NCBI RefSeq assembly: GCF_009914755.1
Contig: NC_060928.1
DNA length: 64,000 bases
Strand: one strand, 5' to 3'
Source of the DNA: the human T2T-CHM13v2.0 reference genome, Homo sapiens
A program made the translations under genes and the position numbers. This document shows positions 39,346 through 53,264 of this stretch, in pieces. Under the pieces are notes generated by a model. That model had not been told where the DNA came from, did not search any database, and was given only the letters and a program-made list of their open reading frames with translations. Position 1 is the first letter of the stretch, and every line of letters begins with the position of its first letter.

Positions 39346-42300
39346 ACATACTAACCATCTACACACAAACACACACACACACACACATCATTTATTCTGT
39401 CCAATGGACTCTCATTTTATTTTCTATTTTTCTTTTTTAGATTCTGGTCATGACTCACACATTTATTTCAGAATCTGCTAATGTACAACAACCAGCAATT
39501 TGAAAGACATTGTTCTAGATGAACTCTATCTCAAACATGGTCCTCTTAACACATAGATTCATGAACTAAATCAAAGATTCCCACACACTCTACTGCTAAT
39601 AAAAAATGTTAATTCCATGTGTTCAAGTACTATATGACAAAATTCTAAAGCACAATGAAGTTGCCAAAATATCACAAATATCAGCACAGGGGGCCAGGAT
39701 TTGGCTGCATGAGAACAAAGTCAACAGCTTGGCCAGCAAGGATTTAGGAGTCATAGTAGACTGAACAGTTAAGCCTCTGAAAATAGATAAAAGGATGTGT
39801 TATCAAAAATGACCTAAGAAATATTCTCCGTGCCTCCTTTCCATGTAGTAAAAAGAAGAACCCAAAGGAGAATGTCTCAATTCCTTATGCCTGGACTCTA
39901 GGCCTATATCTTCCAGGAGTGAACTAAGAGATATTGAATACGTCCTTTTATTTCAATAGGCCTTAATCTAGTTTTAATATTTAGGAGTTTGCCTTAGAGT
40001 AGATTAATGGTCCTCAGCCCTGGCTATTAGCTAGGGAGCTACTACAAATTCTAGAACAGGGGCCTTCTTCCAGCAATCCTAGTTTAATCGATCTACAAAA
40101 GTACCTGGGAATGGGGTAATTCTAATGGTGAGCTACTGATGGGCATTGTTGCCTCAGGTAATTTCTAAGGTCCTTATAGCACATTCTGCAATTCTACAGC
40201 AGAAAAAAAGAAAGCTGTGTGTCCTAAGTGGAGACAAATTTCCAAGCGGCAATATGGCAGGCTGTGCACAGCAAAGGCTCTGGGGTCAAGTCAACATCCT
40301 TCATTTCCTAGCCTCAGTTCTCTCATAGGTAAAATAGAGACAGAAGTAGTCCCTGTCTTAGGAAGTAGGTACAGGGATTAAAGAAGAGCATAAGGATAGT
40401 GTCATTTGCATATCACTGTACACACACATGTGCACATATAAATATAAAGCTTTAGGTAAATGTGAGCAATCACAGTTATCAATGTATTGATTAAATAACT
40501 GAGGTCACTTAAAAAGATAATTGAAAGTGAGCTATGTTTACTCTCCTACCCAAAGTTTAAAATAAATTTTTGTTGGCCCAAATAAAAGTAAACGTTTGTA
40601 GTATGCTGAAGTAGGGGTGAAATGACATGATGTCTGAATTGCTTTGAAATTCATCAGAAAGCAAAAAGAAAAGAAAAATGGGTATAACGTAAATATGACA
40701 AAGTCTTGGCAACTGTAAAATATAGTGAATATATAAAGGTTTGTTGTACTATTTTTTCCACTTTCTGGCATTTTAAAAAGATTTCATGCTAAAATGTTTT
40801 TTCTTTTAATCCAAAAACAAAAGAAATAAAGTCTTGGCTGTGGTATGCTCAGATCTGTAGACAACATACCTCCCCCAACAAAAGAAGAAGACTAGTTCCA
40901 TGATAATCCAGAAACCTTTCAGAAGAGTTAAGAGAAGGATGCGTGCACAGAAGTCACGACAAAGGAAAAAACGAAGACACTAAGTACATTCAGTTTTTGT
41001 CTGCTTTGTTTTGCTCTACAGTTGGTATTTTCTTGAAAAAGAATGCAAGCCAAAGTATCCAATTCTTAAACCTATTATATAACACGATGTGAAAAATAGT
41101 GATGCAGAATTCTGTACTTGTGGAAATTAGTTTGTCTGGAAACATCTGAGGTCCTTGTATGTAAATGAACATTCAGAAAAATCTCTGTATTAGATCTGAA
41201 CTCTTACGAGAGGTTTTAGTTTCCCAGAAAAGTGGCCTCCTAGAACCACAGGGAAGTTTCAGACCTGTTGATTCAATGGTCTCTTTACTGTGCCCCAAAG
41301 AATCCATAAAAGAGTCTTATTCATTCAACAAGCATATAATGAGTACCTGCTATGTGGCAGACACTGTTCTAGTACTCAGTGATAAAAACAAACAATTCTT
41401 ACCTTGCCCTAGAATGGAAAAGGTAGGTTGCTGGTGATCTAATTGTTAAGTGCCTGCTGTAAGATTTGCTTCATGAGTTAATGGTCTGTTGTGAGACTTC
41501 TTTAAAAGAAAAGGTTTTAATAAAAATGAACTAACGCTATTTAAAAATAGCTAGTCTACTCTAAACCTTCATTTTATATTAAAATTTTATGGCCCAAAAA
41601 GGGAAACCAAATCTCCTGAGGTAGTGTGGAGCTGGTGGCAGGGCCAGGACTAGCACACCACATTCTAGGCTCCAAGTGAAGGCTTTTCCCTCTCTCTCCC
41701 ACACTGTTTTTTGGCTCTTCTCCCACCCCACCCCACTTGACAGACTAGTCTAGTAGGAGCTCACAGATATGGAATAAAAAGGTTAGAGTCTAAATCCCAG
41801 ATAAATCAATTACATTTTCCTGGAACTCAGTTTTCCTGGATCTTAAAGGATACATGTGGTTTGGGGAATCAAATCAGCCCAAATATTTTGTACATAATCT
41901 GTAAACTGTAAAATACTATACAGATGTTAGTAATTATAGTCTGAGTTCCTGTGTCTTCTCATTGGTACTCCTCAAAGCAAAATAATTGAAAGATGGAGTA
42001 ATAATAGTGAAATGAAAGGAAAATAAAATGTGTCCACTGGCCAAATTGTTATAGTTAAAACAAAAAAAAATGAAATCTAAACAATCTTAGTTAGATGCTG
42101 GCCCTGCTGCTTCCTATGCAATGTCAGTCAGTGCAGGGAGGCCCTGTGGGCAATGGTGAGGCTTGAGCACTAGAAAGTCAGACAGGCTCTGAAGTAATCT
42201 CCCTGTCTCCAATTTGTCAACTGTAAAGTGGAGAAGATGACACTAGTGCCTATTTCATTTGGCTGCTCTTTGAGATGGTGCTTTAAAAGCCTTTAGCATA

Positions 42301-42614
42301 ATATTTAGGACACACTCAATGCTCAGTGATGATTATCTATTATTTTTAATTCTAAAATATGGACAATAACTCCTACCTCATAGGATATTTATGAGGATTG
42401 AATGAACGAAAGTAAACTGTACATCCAATAAGTGAGTGATGTCTCTGAAAGGTTAAAAATATGTTCTTTACCTTTTCCTTCATTTTTTACTGATTTATGA
42501 AATTGGTTGCAAAAAAATATACTTACTGGAGGATTGTAATTTAAGGGGCATGTGATAAGCCAATTTCTCTGTCAGTAGCTCCAAAATTTTAGTATATGTC
42601 AGAATTTTATGCCA

Positions 42615-43035
42615 AACCAGGAAGGCAATCCCATTCACAATTGCCACAAAAAATAATAAAATAAGGAATTCAGCCAACTAGGGAGGTAAAAGATCTCTAC
42701 AATGAGAACTACAAAACACTGCTCAAAGAAATCACGGTTGATACAGACAAATGGAAAAACATGCCATGCTCATAAATAAGAAGAGTAAATATCATTAAAA
42801 ATGGCCATACTGCCCAAAGCAATTTATAGATTCAATGCAATTTGTATCAAACTTCCAACAACATGTGTCACAGAACTAGAAAAAGCTACTTTGAAATACA
42901 TATGGAACCAAAAAAGATCCCAAATAACCAAGGGAATTCAAGTAAACAGAACAAAGCTGGAAGCCTCATGCCACCCAATTTCAAACTATACTGCAGGGCC
43001 GTGGTAATCAAAACAGCATGGTACTGGTATGAAAA
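42615..43035 (+). mobile_element. L1 ORF2 fragment
   Basis: ORF 42801-43007 [21 protein letters not shown] is L1 ORF2p. Confidence 0.9.
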
Positions 43036-43150
43036 AAGATATTCATTTTTTTAAAAAGGCAGCAGTATCCATGGACCCTCCTCCTATGGAGAGGGAGCTC
43101 AGAAATCTGATTTTTAACAAATAATTTCAACACTATAACACAAACGATGG

Positions 43151-43510
43151 TGATATGGTTTGGATGTGTCCCCACCCAAATCTCATCTTGAATTGTAGCT
43201 CCCACAATTTCCACTTGTCACGGGAGGGAACTGGTGGGAGGTAGTGAAATTGTTGAGTGCATGTCTTTCCTGTGCTGTTCTCATGATAGCGAATAAGTAT
43301 CAAGAGATCTAATGTTTTTTTAAAGGGGAGTTTCCCTGCACAAGCTCTCTTCTCTTGTCTGCCACCATGTGAGACATGCCTTTCACCTTCCACCGTGATT
43401 GTGAGGCCTCCCCAGCTATGTGGAACTGTGAGTCCATTAAACCTCTTTCTTTTGTAAACTGCCCAGTCTCAAGTAGGTCTTTATCAGCAGCAAGAAAACA
43501 GACTAACATG
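43151..43510 (+). mobile_element. THE1-like solo LTR
   Basis: TGATATGGTTTGGATGTGTCCCCACCCAAATCTCATCTTGAATTGTAGCTCCC; imperfect TSD GATGG/GATAG. Confidence 0.92.
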
Positions 43511-43541
43511 GATAGGTAAACACTTCTTGAGTGGTGTAAGC

Positions 43542-43696
43542 CCTTGTTACTCAAACTGTGTGTTCTGGCAGCAAAAGCAACTCCCTGGGGATTTGCTAGA
43601 ATCACAGAATCTCAGCTGCACCCTGACCTGCTAAATCAGAGACAGCATTTTAACAAGATCCCTGGGTGACGTGTGTGTGTGTGTGTGTGTGTGTGT
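43542..43696. mobile_element. MER5A-like fragment ending in (GT)n
   Basis: CTGCTAAATCAGAGACAGCATTTTAACAAGATCCCTGGGTGA then GT repeat. Confidence 0.7.
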
Positions 43697-44173
43697 CTAA
43701 GCTCTGTCTCTTGGGAGTTAGGTAACTGACTGTCTTCCTGGATCTCATAGCTTCTTTTTCTGTTAAAAAAAAAAAAGTCATTGCTCTTCCTTATAAATGG
43801 GAGCTTTATAAAAGCTTAATAGAAAAAAAGAACATATTAAGATATCTCAATATTTCTGCTGAATTATTATCAGAAGTTTTTCCCATTATATTGGTCAGTG
43901 TCTTTCATTTAAAAGGCTGTATGATAAATGGATTTTAGAAAGACAAAATCTCTTTTAAAATATTTATCTTCTGACCATTTTTATTTTATTTTTAAAAAGG
44001 GAATGAAAATCATTTGGAAGTTTTTCATTGGCTACTACCTCAAAGTTAAATTTGATATTCAGTTACAGTAACTTTAATAGCCCAGGTTTGGATATGTTAA
44101 TCCCCCTCCCTATTTGTAGAGCTTTTTGCTGTTCTACTGCTTCTTAAAGATTTTTTAAACATAGATACAATTA

Positions 44174-44970
<797 letters not shown>

Positions 44971-46659
44971 TTTAACAGTTTTCTGCGTACATGAATAAAT
45001 TCTTTCTGGTTATCAGTAGTTTATAGATTAGGGCTGAATGGAAAGAAAAAAAGTATAAAAGGGAAAAAAAGAAACAAGCATAAGAGAAAATGGAATATAG
45101 AGAAAACATAACAGCACTTCAAGATCAGAGGTGGACCCTCCTATGAGGGAAAATGCTGGTTGAGCAACCCAGAACCCTGGAATTCTTTAGGTAAATCATT
45201 TATTCTTGTTAGTGGTTAGTTTACTTATCCAAAAGTTGTGGATAGACTAGATGTCCTGAATGATCCTTTCCAGCTTGATAATCTAGAAATTTAACAAGTG
45301 AATTATGCAGTCACTTGAAAAGGAAATGCATTGAAGAGTCCTTTCTGATTAATAGGTTGTGGAGAGGAAATTTCTACCACTTTTCTCTCATGCTAGGCTC
45401 ACCTCTCTCTACTTCTTCCTGAATCCCTCTCTCAGAAGGAGGCATCATTAAGCTTACTGAACAGAGCCCAAGCATTCATTGGGCCACATTTCCTGGAGGG
45501 CAGGCCACTGTGTCTTGTTGGGCAGGAACTCAGGTTGCCCCATCGCTTTATCACCCTGTCTCCTGGTACAATAAACTCTCCTGGGCAGACCCTGAGCTCT
45601 AGGGAAGGTTGATCCTCCTGTTAGCTTCCCTCTTCCCACCCATGTGTTCATCAGGGTGAATATGCTCAGAAAACATGGCACCCATCTAAATGTTCCTTCC
45701 TGTATATGCACGTTTTAGTCCCTGAGCCCCAATATTTGAGTTTGAAGAAGACAAGACACCACACTTCATCCAGACTTTATCACACACTAACTCAAAATTC
45801 TCAGAGATCTATATATTAGTGGGTATTGGAATCTTGGTTGACTACTGATAAAGCATTTTCTTCCAGTTGAGGATTTGTTTTTATTCCCTTTGTGCATAGT
45901 ACTCCCTTAGTCCAAAACCTCAGAAGGGAAAGATGGCCGAATTATTCAGACTCCCTTAAAGCCTTCTGAGACATTGCAGAAATCCTACACCCAGGGCAGC
46001 CAAAGGCGGTATCAAGAAAAGTACATCGTTAAAACAAGGAGCCAGGGTGCCATGCCACACAAACATCCAAACCACAAACCTGCAGCCACAGATCATGAGG
46101 GTTGCTTGTATTAGGAGGACAAAGAAAATTAGACATAAAGGAGACGTAGGAGCTCTGGGAACACAAGCTACCTGCAAAAGGACTGGAGCATATTGTGGGA
46201 ATGCTGATCTGAGCAGCTGTCATGTGCCCAACCTGAGCTTGTCTCTTTATAGAACGTATTTACTGCTCCCCAACAGCTTTTGTTATCATAGGGGTTTATA
46301 TGCCCATTCCAGATGTGAAATACAGATGTTTAGAAGAATTAAGTCACCTGTCCTAGAACACACATCATGTGGCAAAACCAACTTTAAACTTTGTCTGCCT
46401 GCAAAACCCATGATATTTTTGCCATGACCAGCTATCTCCATCTATCATTCTAAACTGAAGAAGTTGTAGCCCAGATGACCTTTGCAAATTAGTTGTCAGA
46501 GTCAGGACAGGAGACTGAGACTTCTGACTCATTACTGGGTCAACTCCAGTCATACTGTCCTGTCTGTTAATGCCAAAACAAAGTGAAGCCCTATTTGGCT
46601 TTCAAAACATTGTCTGAAATGTCATGATGGGATTGTTTTGCCATCTCACTTTTAAAGAC

Positions 46660-46890
46660 ATGAGCCCTGGAGTCCTACTGACTTGATTTAAAGCATAGCT
46701 CTATTATTTGTACTGTGCTACTGGCAAGCTACTTAGCCTTTCTGTGCTTTAGAGTTTGTTATCTATGAAATGGGTAAAATAATAGTGCCTTCCTATCAGG
46801 TCTTAGGAAGACTAAATGAGATAATCCATGTAATTAGTTTACCATCATATTAGACATGATGACTACTACAGAAGTAATAATAATGGCTAC
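46660..46890. mobile_element. MIR
   Basis: GGCAAGCTACTTAGCCTTTCTGTGCTT..ATCTATGAAATGGG..AAATGAGATAATCCATGTAA. Confidence 0.65.
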
Positions 46891-47568
46891 TATATATGGT
46901 GCGGTGATTTATCAGTGCACCATAGACGTAGGTTGTTTTCCTGGAGCTCCTGCTTCTTTTTCATGTCTAATTATTATTTCTGTGCTATTTCTCACTCATT
47001 AGCAATAAATGCGGTTTCCCTGAAGACCAGAGGCTTGAGGATAAGGAGAGTGATTATTTTGTCTTCACGATATTCACGGGTCTGTGAAGATACACTTTCC
47101 CAGGGCCTTGGATCAGACCTATGTCTTAGATCAAAGCAAAGGACCAGCCTGTGTCTCATGTTCATGATTATTCAACAGATTAGTTCAATATAATATGCCA
47201 GGCCCTAGGCTGGGCTCCAAGACTCCAAGGATGAAAATAACAGAGTTCCTTCCTCACAGTTCAGCCAGGGAAAAAAACATCAACAAATGAGGACAATATA
47301 GTGGAACAGGTTCTGCTACATTGAGAAAGGGATAAGAGGTAATCTGTTTGCTGATTTAGGGTCCGTGCACAGCCAGAGCAGCTCACCAGAAAGCCTCCTG
47401 GCTTGAGGACCTGATGAATCTTCTGGGGGAAACAGAAGAGAATGCTCTGGAGCTGAAAATCAGCCTGGAACACTGGGAATAGGACTGAGAAACAGGAAGA
47501 GGTTTCCCTGGCTCTGAGCAAGTCTCTCTTCTTCTCTGAGCCTCTGATCCCTCAACTCCCTCAATGGG

Positions 47569-48066
<498 letters not shown>

Positions 48067-49319
48067 TGATTTAACTATTAATGTTACTATAAACATTAAA
48101 CAGGAACAATTTTTGTCATGTAGCAAGTACATAATAAATCGTAATTTGATGAGGATAATGATGATAACAATATAGTTCAGGGTACAAAAAAAAGAGTAAT
48201 TTCATTAAAATATTATCTGAATCAGGTCTGGGTTAGTTTCAAGACTCTGATTTTGCTTAAAATCCATTTAAAAAAATGAAAGGTAAATCAGAGAAAAAGA
48301 GCAGAAAAGCCTTCCAGACACAGGTTTACAGGACCCAGAGCACACCCTCTTCCTCTTCAGAGTTCAGTAATCCTGTGTTGAGAAAACTAAAGAGAGTTCT
48401 AACCCCAGGAAAATGACCCCTTCCCACTCCAAAAAGAGCTGCAGGGCTGTAATAGGAGTCACAGTCCAGGGCCTTGGCTGTATCCAGCACAGAATCAGCA
48501 GCTCTGGCTATGGCCACAAGGCAGACAGCAGAAATCAGTCCTGGAATTACCAGCAGAACATTTTACTAATCACTAGAGAGAATACGTGAATCTTCAGGGA
48601 CCCTGAAAGGGGAAGGAGGAAAGTAAAGGGATTGGAGTTATAGGAATTCTTCTGAGTGTGAGCACAGATTAAAAGGCAACTTTCCCTTATTGTTCTAACA
48701 TCATCCTTCCCCCTCCCTGGGGTGGCTTATAGAAGTAGCTGTGCATGTGTATGTATGTAAAGAACATATAAGATAAAGCATCAGGAGTAAGAATGGTAAA
48801 AAGATGTGCTCAGCTACAGGAGGCAGGGGTGGGATGGGAGTGAAATGAGGGAAGACTTTACAAGAGAGTCACTTTGGACCTGCAAACACCAGCAGACCAG
48901 AGGCCACGTAGAGCTGATCCATGGATGGATCTCCAGCACCTAGTACAATGATTGGCACCAGCAGGCAGTCAGTGAATATTAACTGAAAAGCAGATCTCTG
49001 AAAAAGAGCAGAAAAGCATTCCAGACACAGGTGTACAAGACCCAGGACATCACCCTCCTCTTCTCCTGTGTCTAACTAACAGACAGGAGAATCAATTACC
49101 TAAAATGAGATGAAATTATCTGCTTTTTGCTTTTTGAATGCTCAGAAAGAATCCAAACATTTGCAAAGGCAAGTCTCTTGACTGAAAAACATGTTGGAAT
49201 ATTTTACCTCATATCTCACCTGTGACTTTTAACCCAGTCACAGGTGGGCTGCCTCCTCAGGGGAAGCACTAGCCTTGTTGTATGGACCACAAGTGATAAG
49301 GCAAAAAAGGGGAAGCTTC

Positions 49320-49541
49320 TCTCTCTCTCTTTTTTCTCTTCTCTTCTCTTCTCCTCTCTTCTCCTCTCCTCTCCTCCCCTCCCCTCCTTTCCCTTTCCCT
49401 TTCCCTCTTTCTTTCTTTCCTTCCTTCCTTCCTTCCATCCTTCCTTTCTTTCTTTCTTTTCTTTCTTTCTTTCTCTTTCCCTTCCTTCCTTCTTTCCTTC
49501 CTCTTTTCTTTTCAGACAGAGTCTCACTCTGTCACCAGGCT
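49320..49541 (-). repeat. Pyrimidine compound microsatellite attached to an approximately 28-nt Alu 3' remnant
   Basis: (CTCTT)n/(CCTT)n/(CTTT)n then AGACAGAGTCTCACTCTGTCACCAGGCT. Confidence 0.85.
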
Positions 49542-50016
49542 AAGGGAGGCTTCTCTTTTCAGGGATACAGGTACAAGAGAACAGTGACCCTTTACTTGGG
49601 AATCCCACATACAAGCGACAAGTCCAAGGGATGCTCAGTTTTGTCCAAGAATATGGTCACTTCTTTTGGGGGTAGAAACTAGCAAGAAGGTAGTGAAAAA
49701 GAGGGACATCTTTTACTCCAGGATGGGCCAAAGCAGAAATATGGAAGGTGGGGCAGGATCCCTTTCCACAGGCTGAACTTGGGCAAAGACACAGGAGAGA
49801 GGAAGGTAAAGTAGCTTGGCACAATGGAGCACAGGGGATGTGTGAATGGGGATTGTTGACATGAACCTCAAAGACAGGCATGGGCTGGACCATACTATGC
49901 TAACAAATCTGGAATTTATTCTGTAGATCAGGGGATGCAATAGGAGGTCTCAGAAGCTAGAGAGGGGCACAATCAAATTTGATGCTAGAAGGCAAATTTT
50001 CATTCAGATTCTTATG

Positions 50017-50570
50017 TGTGGTAGATGGCAAAAATGGCCACGAATTCTTCCCATTCCTGCATACATACATCTTGCTATGTGGTATGGTATAATCTTCCCC
50101 CTCAACTCCCTTGAATGGGGGCTTGGCCATTTTATTTTCTTTGGCCAATGGACCATTAGCAAACATGATGCAAACAAAGATTGACAAGTGCTTGCACATT
50201 CAGGCTTTATCTTTCTTGATGCTCTGAGAATCCTGAGATTACTGTGGAAAGGAGCCTGAACTGCTAGAGGATGAGAAGTCATGCAAGGGAGACTGTGGCA
50301 CTGATGTGAATAGTCTACCAACGTCACCCATGTGAATGTGATCATCCCATATCATCCAGCTACCAGCTAACCTACCAGCTGACCACAGGTGTATAGTCAG
50401 GCCCAGAAGTGATCAGCAAGGTGATCCAGACTGGAAGAGCTTCCCAGCCAATACAGAAGCAATGATTTTATTTTTAGGGTTGCCACTAAGCAGTGACAGC
50501 TCACTGGTACAGAATGTTCCTTGAATGTGTCAGCTCCTTTGTCTTCATACCAATATAGTGTTGGATGGCA
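50017..50570 (+). mobile_element. MLT1 (F/G/H-like) LTR
   Basis: TGTGGTAGATGGCAAAAATGGCCACGAATTCTTCCCATTCCTG. Confidence 0.7.
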
Positions 50571-50895
50571 ATAAACAGAGAAAAGTAACAAATAACTCAG
50601 AAATCAATCTCAGTATTTATTTAAAAAGCAATATATGGCATAGGTGGTCTTTCAAAATATTGGAAAAGGATGTACAACCAGCACAATTGCTTATGCTTCC
50701 AAAGAAAATAAGGCTGGATTCCTATCTCACACTAAATGTAAAAAAAAAAAGTAAATAGATAAACTATAAAACAGAGAAAATCAAATAAAAAAATCAAGGA
50801 ACCTTATACAGGCACAGCCTAGGGGTTGAGGAGACCCCAATGAACACAGAAAACCCAGGTGCGATAAAAAAAATAATATTGATATAATTGACCAT

Positions 50896-51519
50896 TGTGA
50901 TGGTTAACTTTATGTGTCTACTTGACTGGATCACTACATGCTTGAATATTTGGTTAAACATCATTCTGGGTGCAAATGTGAGGCATTTTTTATGAGATTA
51001 ACATTTGGATCCATAGACTGAGTGCAGCAGATTGCTCTCCCTAATGAAGGAGGACCTCATCCCATCAATTAAAGACCTGAATAGAAAAGAAAGAAGAAAA
51101 GAAAAAAAAGGAAAGGAAAGAAGGGAAGGGAAGGGAAGGGAAGGGAAGGGAAGGGAAGGGAAGGGAAGTGGAGGGGAGGGGAGGGGAGGGGAGGGGAGGG
51201 GAGGGGAGGGGAGGGAGGGGAGGGAAGGGAAGGGAAGGGAAGGGAAGGCAAGGGAAGGGAAGGGAAAGAAAAGAAAAAAGAAAAGAAAAAAAGAAAAGGG
51301 CTAACTCTACCAAGAGGAAAAGGATGCTTCTCCTACCTGACTGCTTGAGCTGTTGATCTTTGGACTGAGACTGAAACATTGACCCTTCCTAGTTCTTGAG
51401 AGTGCTGGCTTTTGGACAGGAACTTACGTCATTGGTTCTTCAGGGTCTCCCACTTGGTGACCACAGATATTGAGACATTTCAGCCTCCACAATCATGGGA
51501 GCCCATTCCTTACAGCAAA

Positions 51520-51604
<85 letters not shown>

Positions 51605-51771
51605 TATAGACATAGTCTACATATATGTATACATACATACATATATACGTGTGTGTATATATATATATAGTACGTGTGTGTGTGTGTGTGGAGAGAGGTG
51701 TATACAGAACATATATGTATACACACACACCACATCCTGTTGGTTTTCTCTGAAGAGCTTTGATTAATATA
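50896..51771 (+). mobile_element. MLT2 (ERVL) solo LTR containing expanded microsatellites
   Basis: TGTGATGGTTAACTTTATGTGTCTACTTGACTGG start; TSD ACCAT/GCCAT; internal (GAAGG)n/(GGAGG)n at about 51085-51300 and (CT)(AT)(GT) at about 51520-51730. Confidence 0.88.
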
Positions 51772-51794
51772 GCCATCAAAAATAAAAAATACTT

Positions 51795-51938
51795 GCTTGG
51801 TGTGGTGATATGTACATATAGTCCTAATTACTGGAAAGTTTGAGGCAGGCAGATGCGTGAGTCCATGAGTTTGAGGTTACAGTGAGCTATAATCACACCA
51901 CTGCCTTCCGGCCTGGGTAACAGAGGAAGGCCCTGGAG
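51795..51938 (+). mobile_element. Alu monomer (FLAM-like)
   Basis: GAGTTTGAGGTTACAGTGAGCTATAATCACACCACTGCCTTCCGGCCTGGGTAACAGAG. Confidence 0.8.
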
Positions 51939-51941
51939 ATA

Positions 51942-52021
51942 GGAAGGAAGGAAGGAAGGAAGGAAGGAAGGAAGGAAGGAAGGAAGGAAGGAAGGAAGGA
52001 AGGAAGGAAGGAAGGAAGGAA
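51942..52021. repeat. Perfect (GGAA)20 microsatellite
   Basis: 80 nt uninterrupted, followed by degenerate purine tract to about 52130. Confidence 0.95.
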
Positions 52022-52480
52022 GGATGGGAGGGAGGGAGGGAGGAAGGGAGGAGGGGGATTGGAGGGGAGGGAAAGAATGGGGTAGTATAGGAAGGAGGCA
52101 AAGAGGGAGGAAGGAAAGAAAGAAAAAAAAGTATATGCCAAAATATAACATAAAGCTAATAAAAAAATAAGATTGGGGAAAATAGCAATGAAGATAACAG
52201 ATAAAAGACTAGTATCTACAATATGTAGGGTGATAATAGGTTATCACAAATAAAATAATGAGGTCTATATATGTGTACGTTACAGAAGAGAAAATTCATG
52301 TGGACGGCAAACATATGAAAAGATGTTCAAGTTCACTTATAAACAGGGAACAACAAGGTATTACCTTATATGCCCATCTGCTGGCAAGAGTTAAAAAGGG
52401 CAAAACACTGATTGCTGGCAATGATGGGGGATGTGGTCGCATATATCACTGGTAGAAATGTTGCCTATTATAACCATTTT

Positions 52481-52594
52481 GGAATCAAAAAGGGCAAAAC
52501 CTATTCAAATAAAAAAAAAATGGACTTTTGTCCCAGGAAATCAAAACGGGCAAAACCTATTCAAATAAAAAAAATGCACTTTTGTCCCAGGAAT
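52481..52594. repeat. Tandem duplication, unit about 56 bp
   Basis: AATCAAAA(A/C)GGGCAAAACCTATTCAAATAAAAAAAATG(G/C)ACTTTTGTCCCAGGAA twice. Confidence 0.9.
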
Positions 52595-53264
52595 CTCTTC
52601 CAACCTAGAAATCTCACTTTTGTAAATCTACCCTACAGAAACAAAAGAAAAATTATATAAGGTGTATTTTGCAGCATTGTTTCACCAGGGCAAGAAAATC
52701 GGAAACCAAAGTCATATGCAATGGTACGATATGATGGAATAAATATTAGTGCATCCACCTCATAGAATACTGAGCATTCATTAAAAATGAGTTTGAGGAA
52801 TAACAGTTAACTTGATATAATTTCTATTAAATATTGATAAGAACACTAAGATACAGAGAATTATATAAAAATTTATGATATAATGATGTTTTTCTAAAGT
52901 AAACAATTAACTCTCTATGTATTTAGAGATGAATACATCTCTATTTGTTTGTAAATTGTTATATAAGCATTAGTAAAGTATGTATAAAAAGATGCCCTTC
53001 TGTTTATTAGCATAGCTTGAGGCAGGGGGCACATGTTTAGCAACAAAAACAGCAGAAATTGGAAATAGAAATAGAAGAAAATGGAAAAACAGATGGCACT
53101 TAATAAAATAGCATATATAGTCTAATTCAATTTATGTAAAATTATCTGTTTATCTATAAAATTAGAACAAAACATACATACACACACACATGTGTTTATA
53201 CATAAATATCTATGTGTGTGTCTGTCTGCTGATTTGTAGGAATATCCATCCATCAACTGACTAT

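Larger units (their letters stand above)
50570..53130 (+). mobile_element. Fragmented old L1 (L1ME-like), host to the MLT2 LTR and Alu monomer
   Basis: CTGGATTCCTATCTCACAC, ACAGATAAAAGACTAGTATCTACAATAT, AAACATATGAAAAGATGTTCAA. Confidence 0.6.

Noticed and set aside
46047-46427. 126-aa ORF or possible processed pseudogene
   Set aside because: No recognisable parent protein, poly-A tail or TSD.
49216-52151. Charged or Pro/Ser/Phe-rich ORFs
   Set aside because: Open only because microsatellites lack stop codons.
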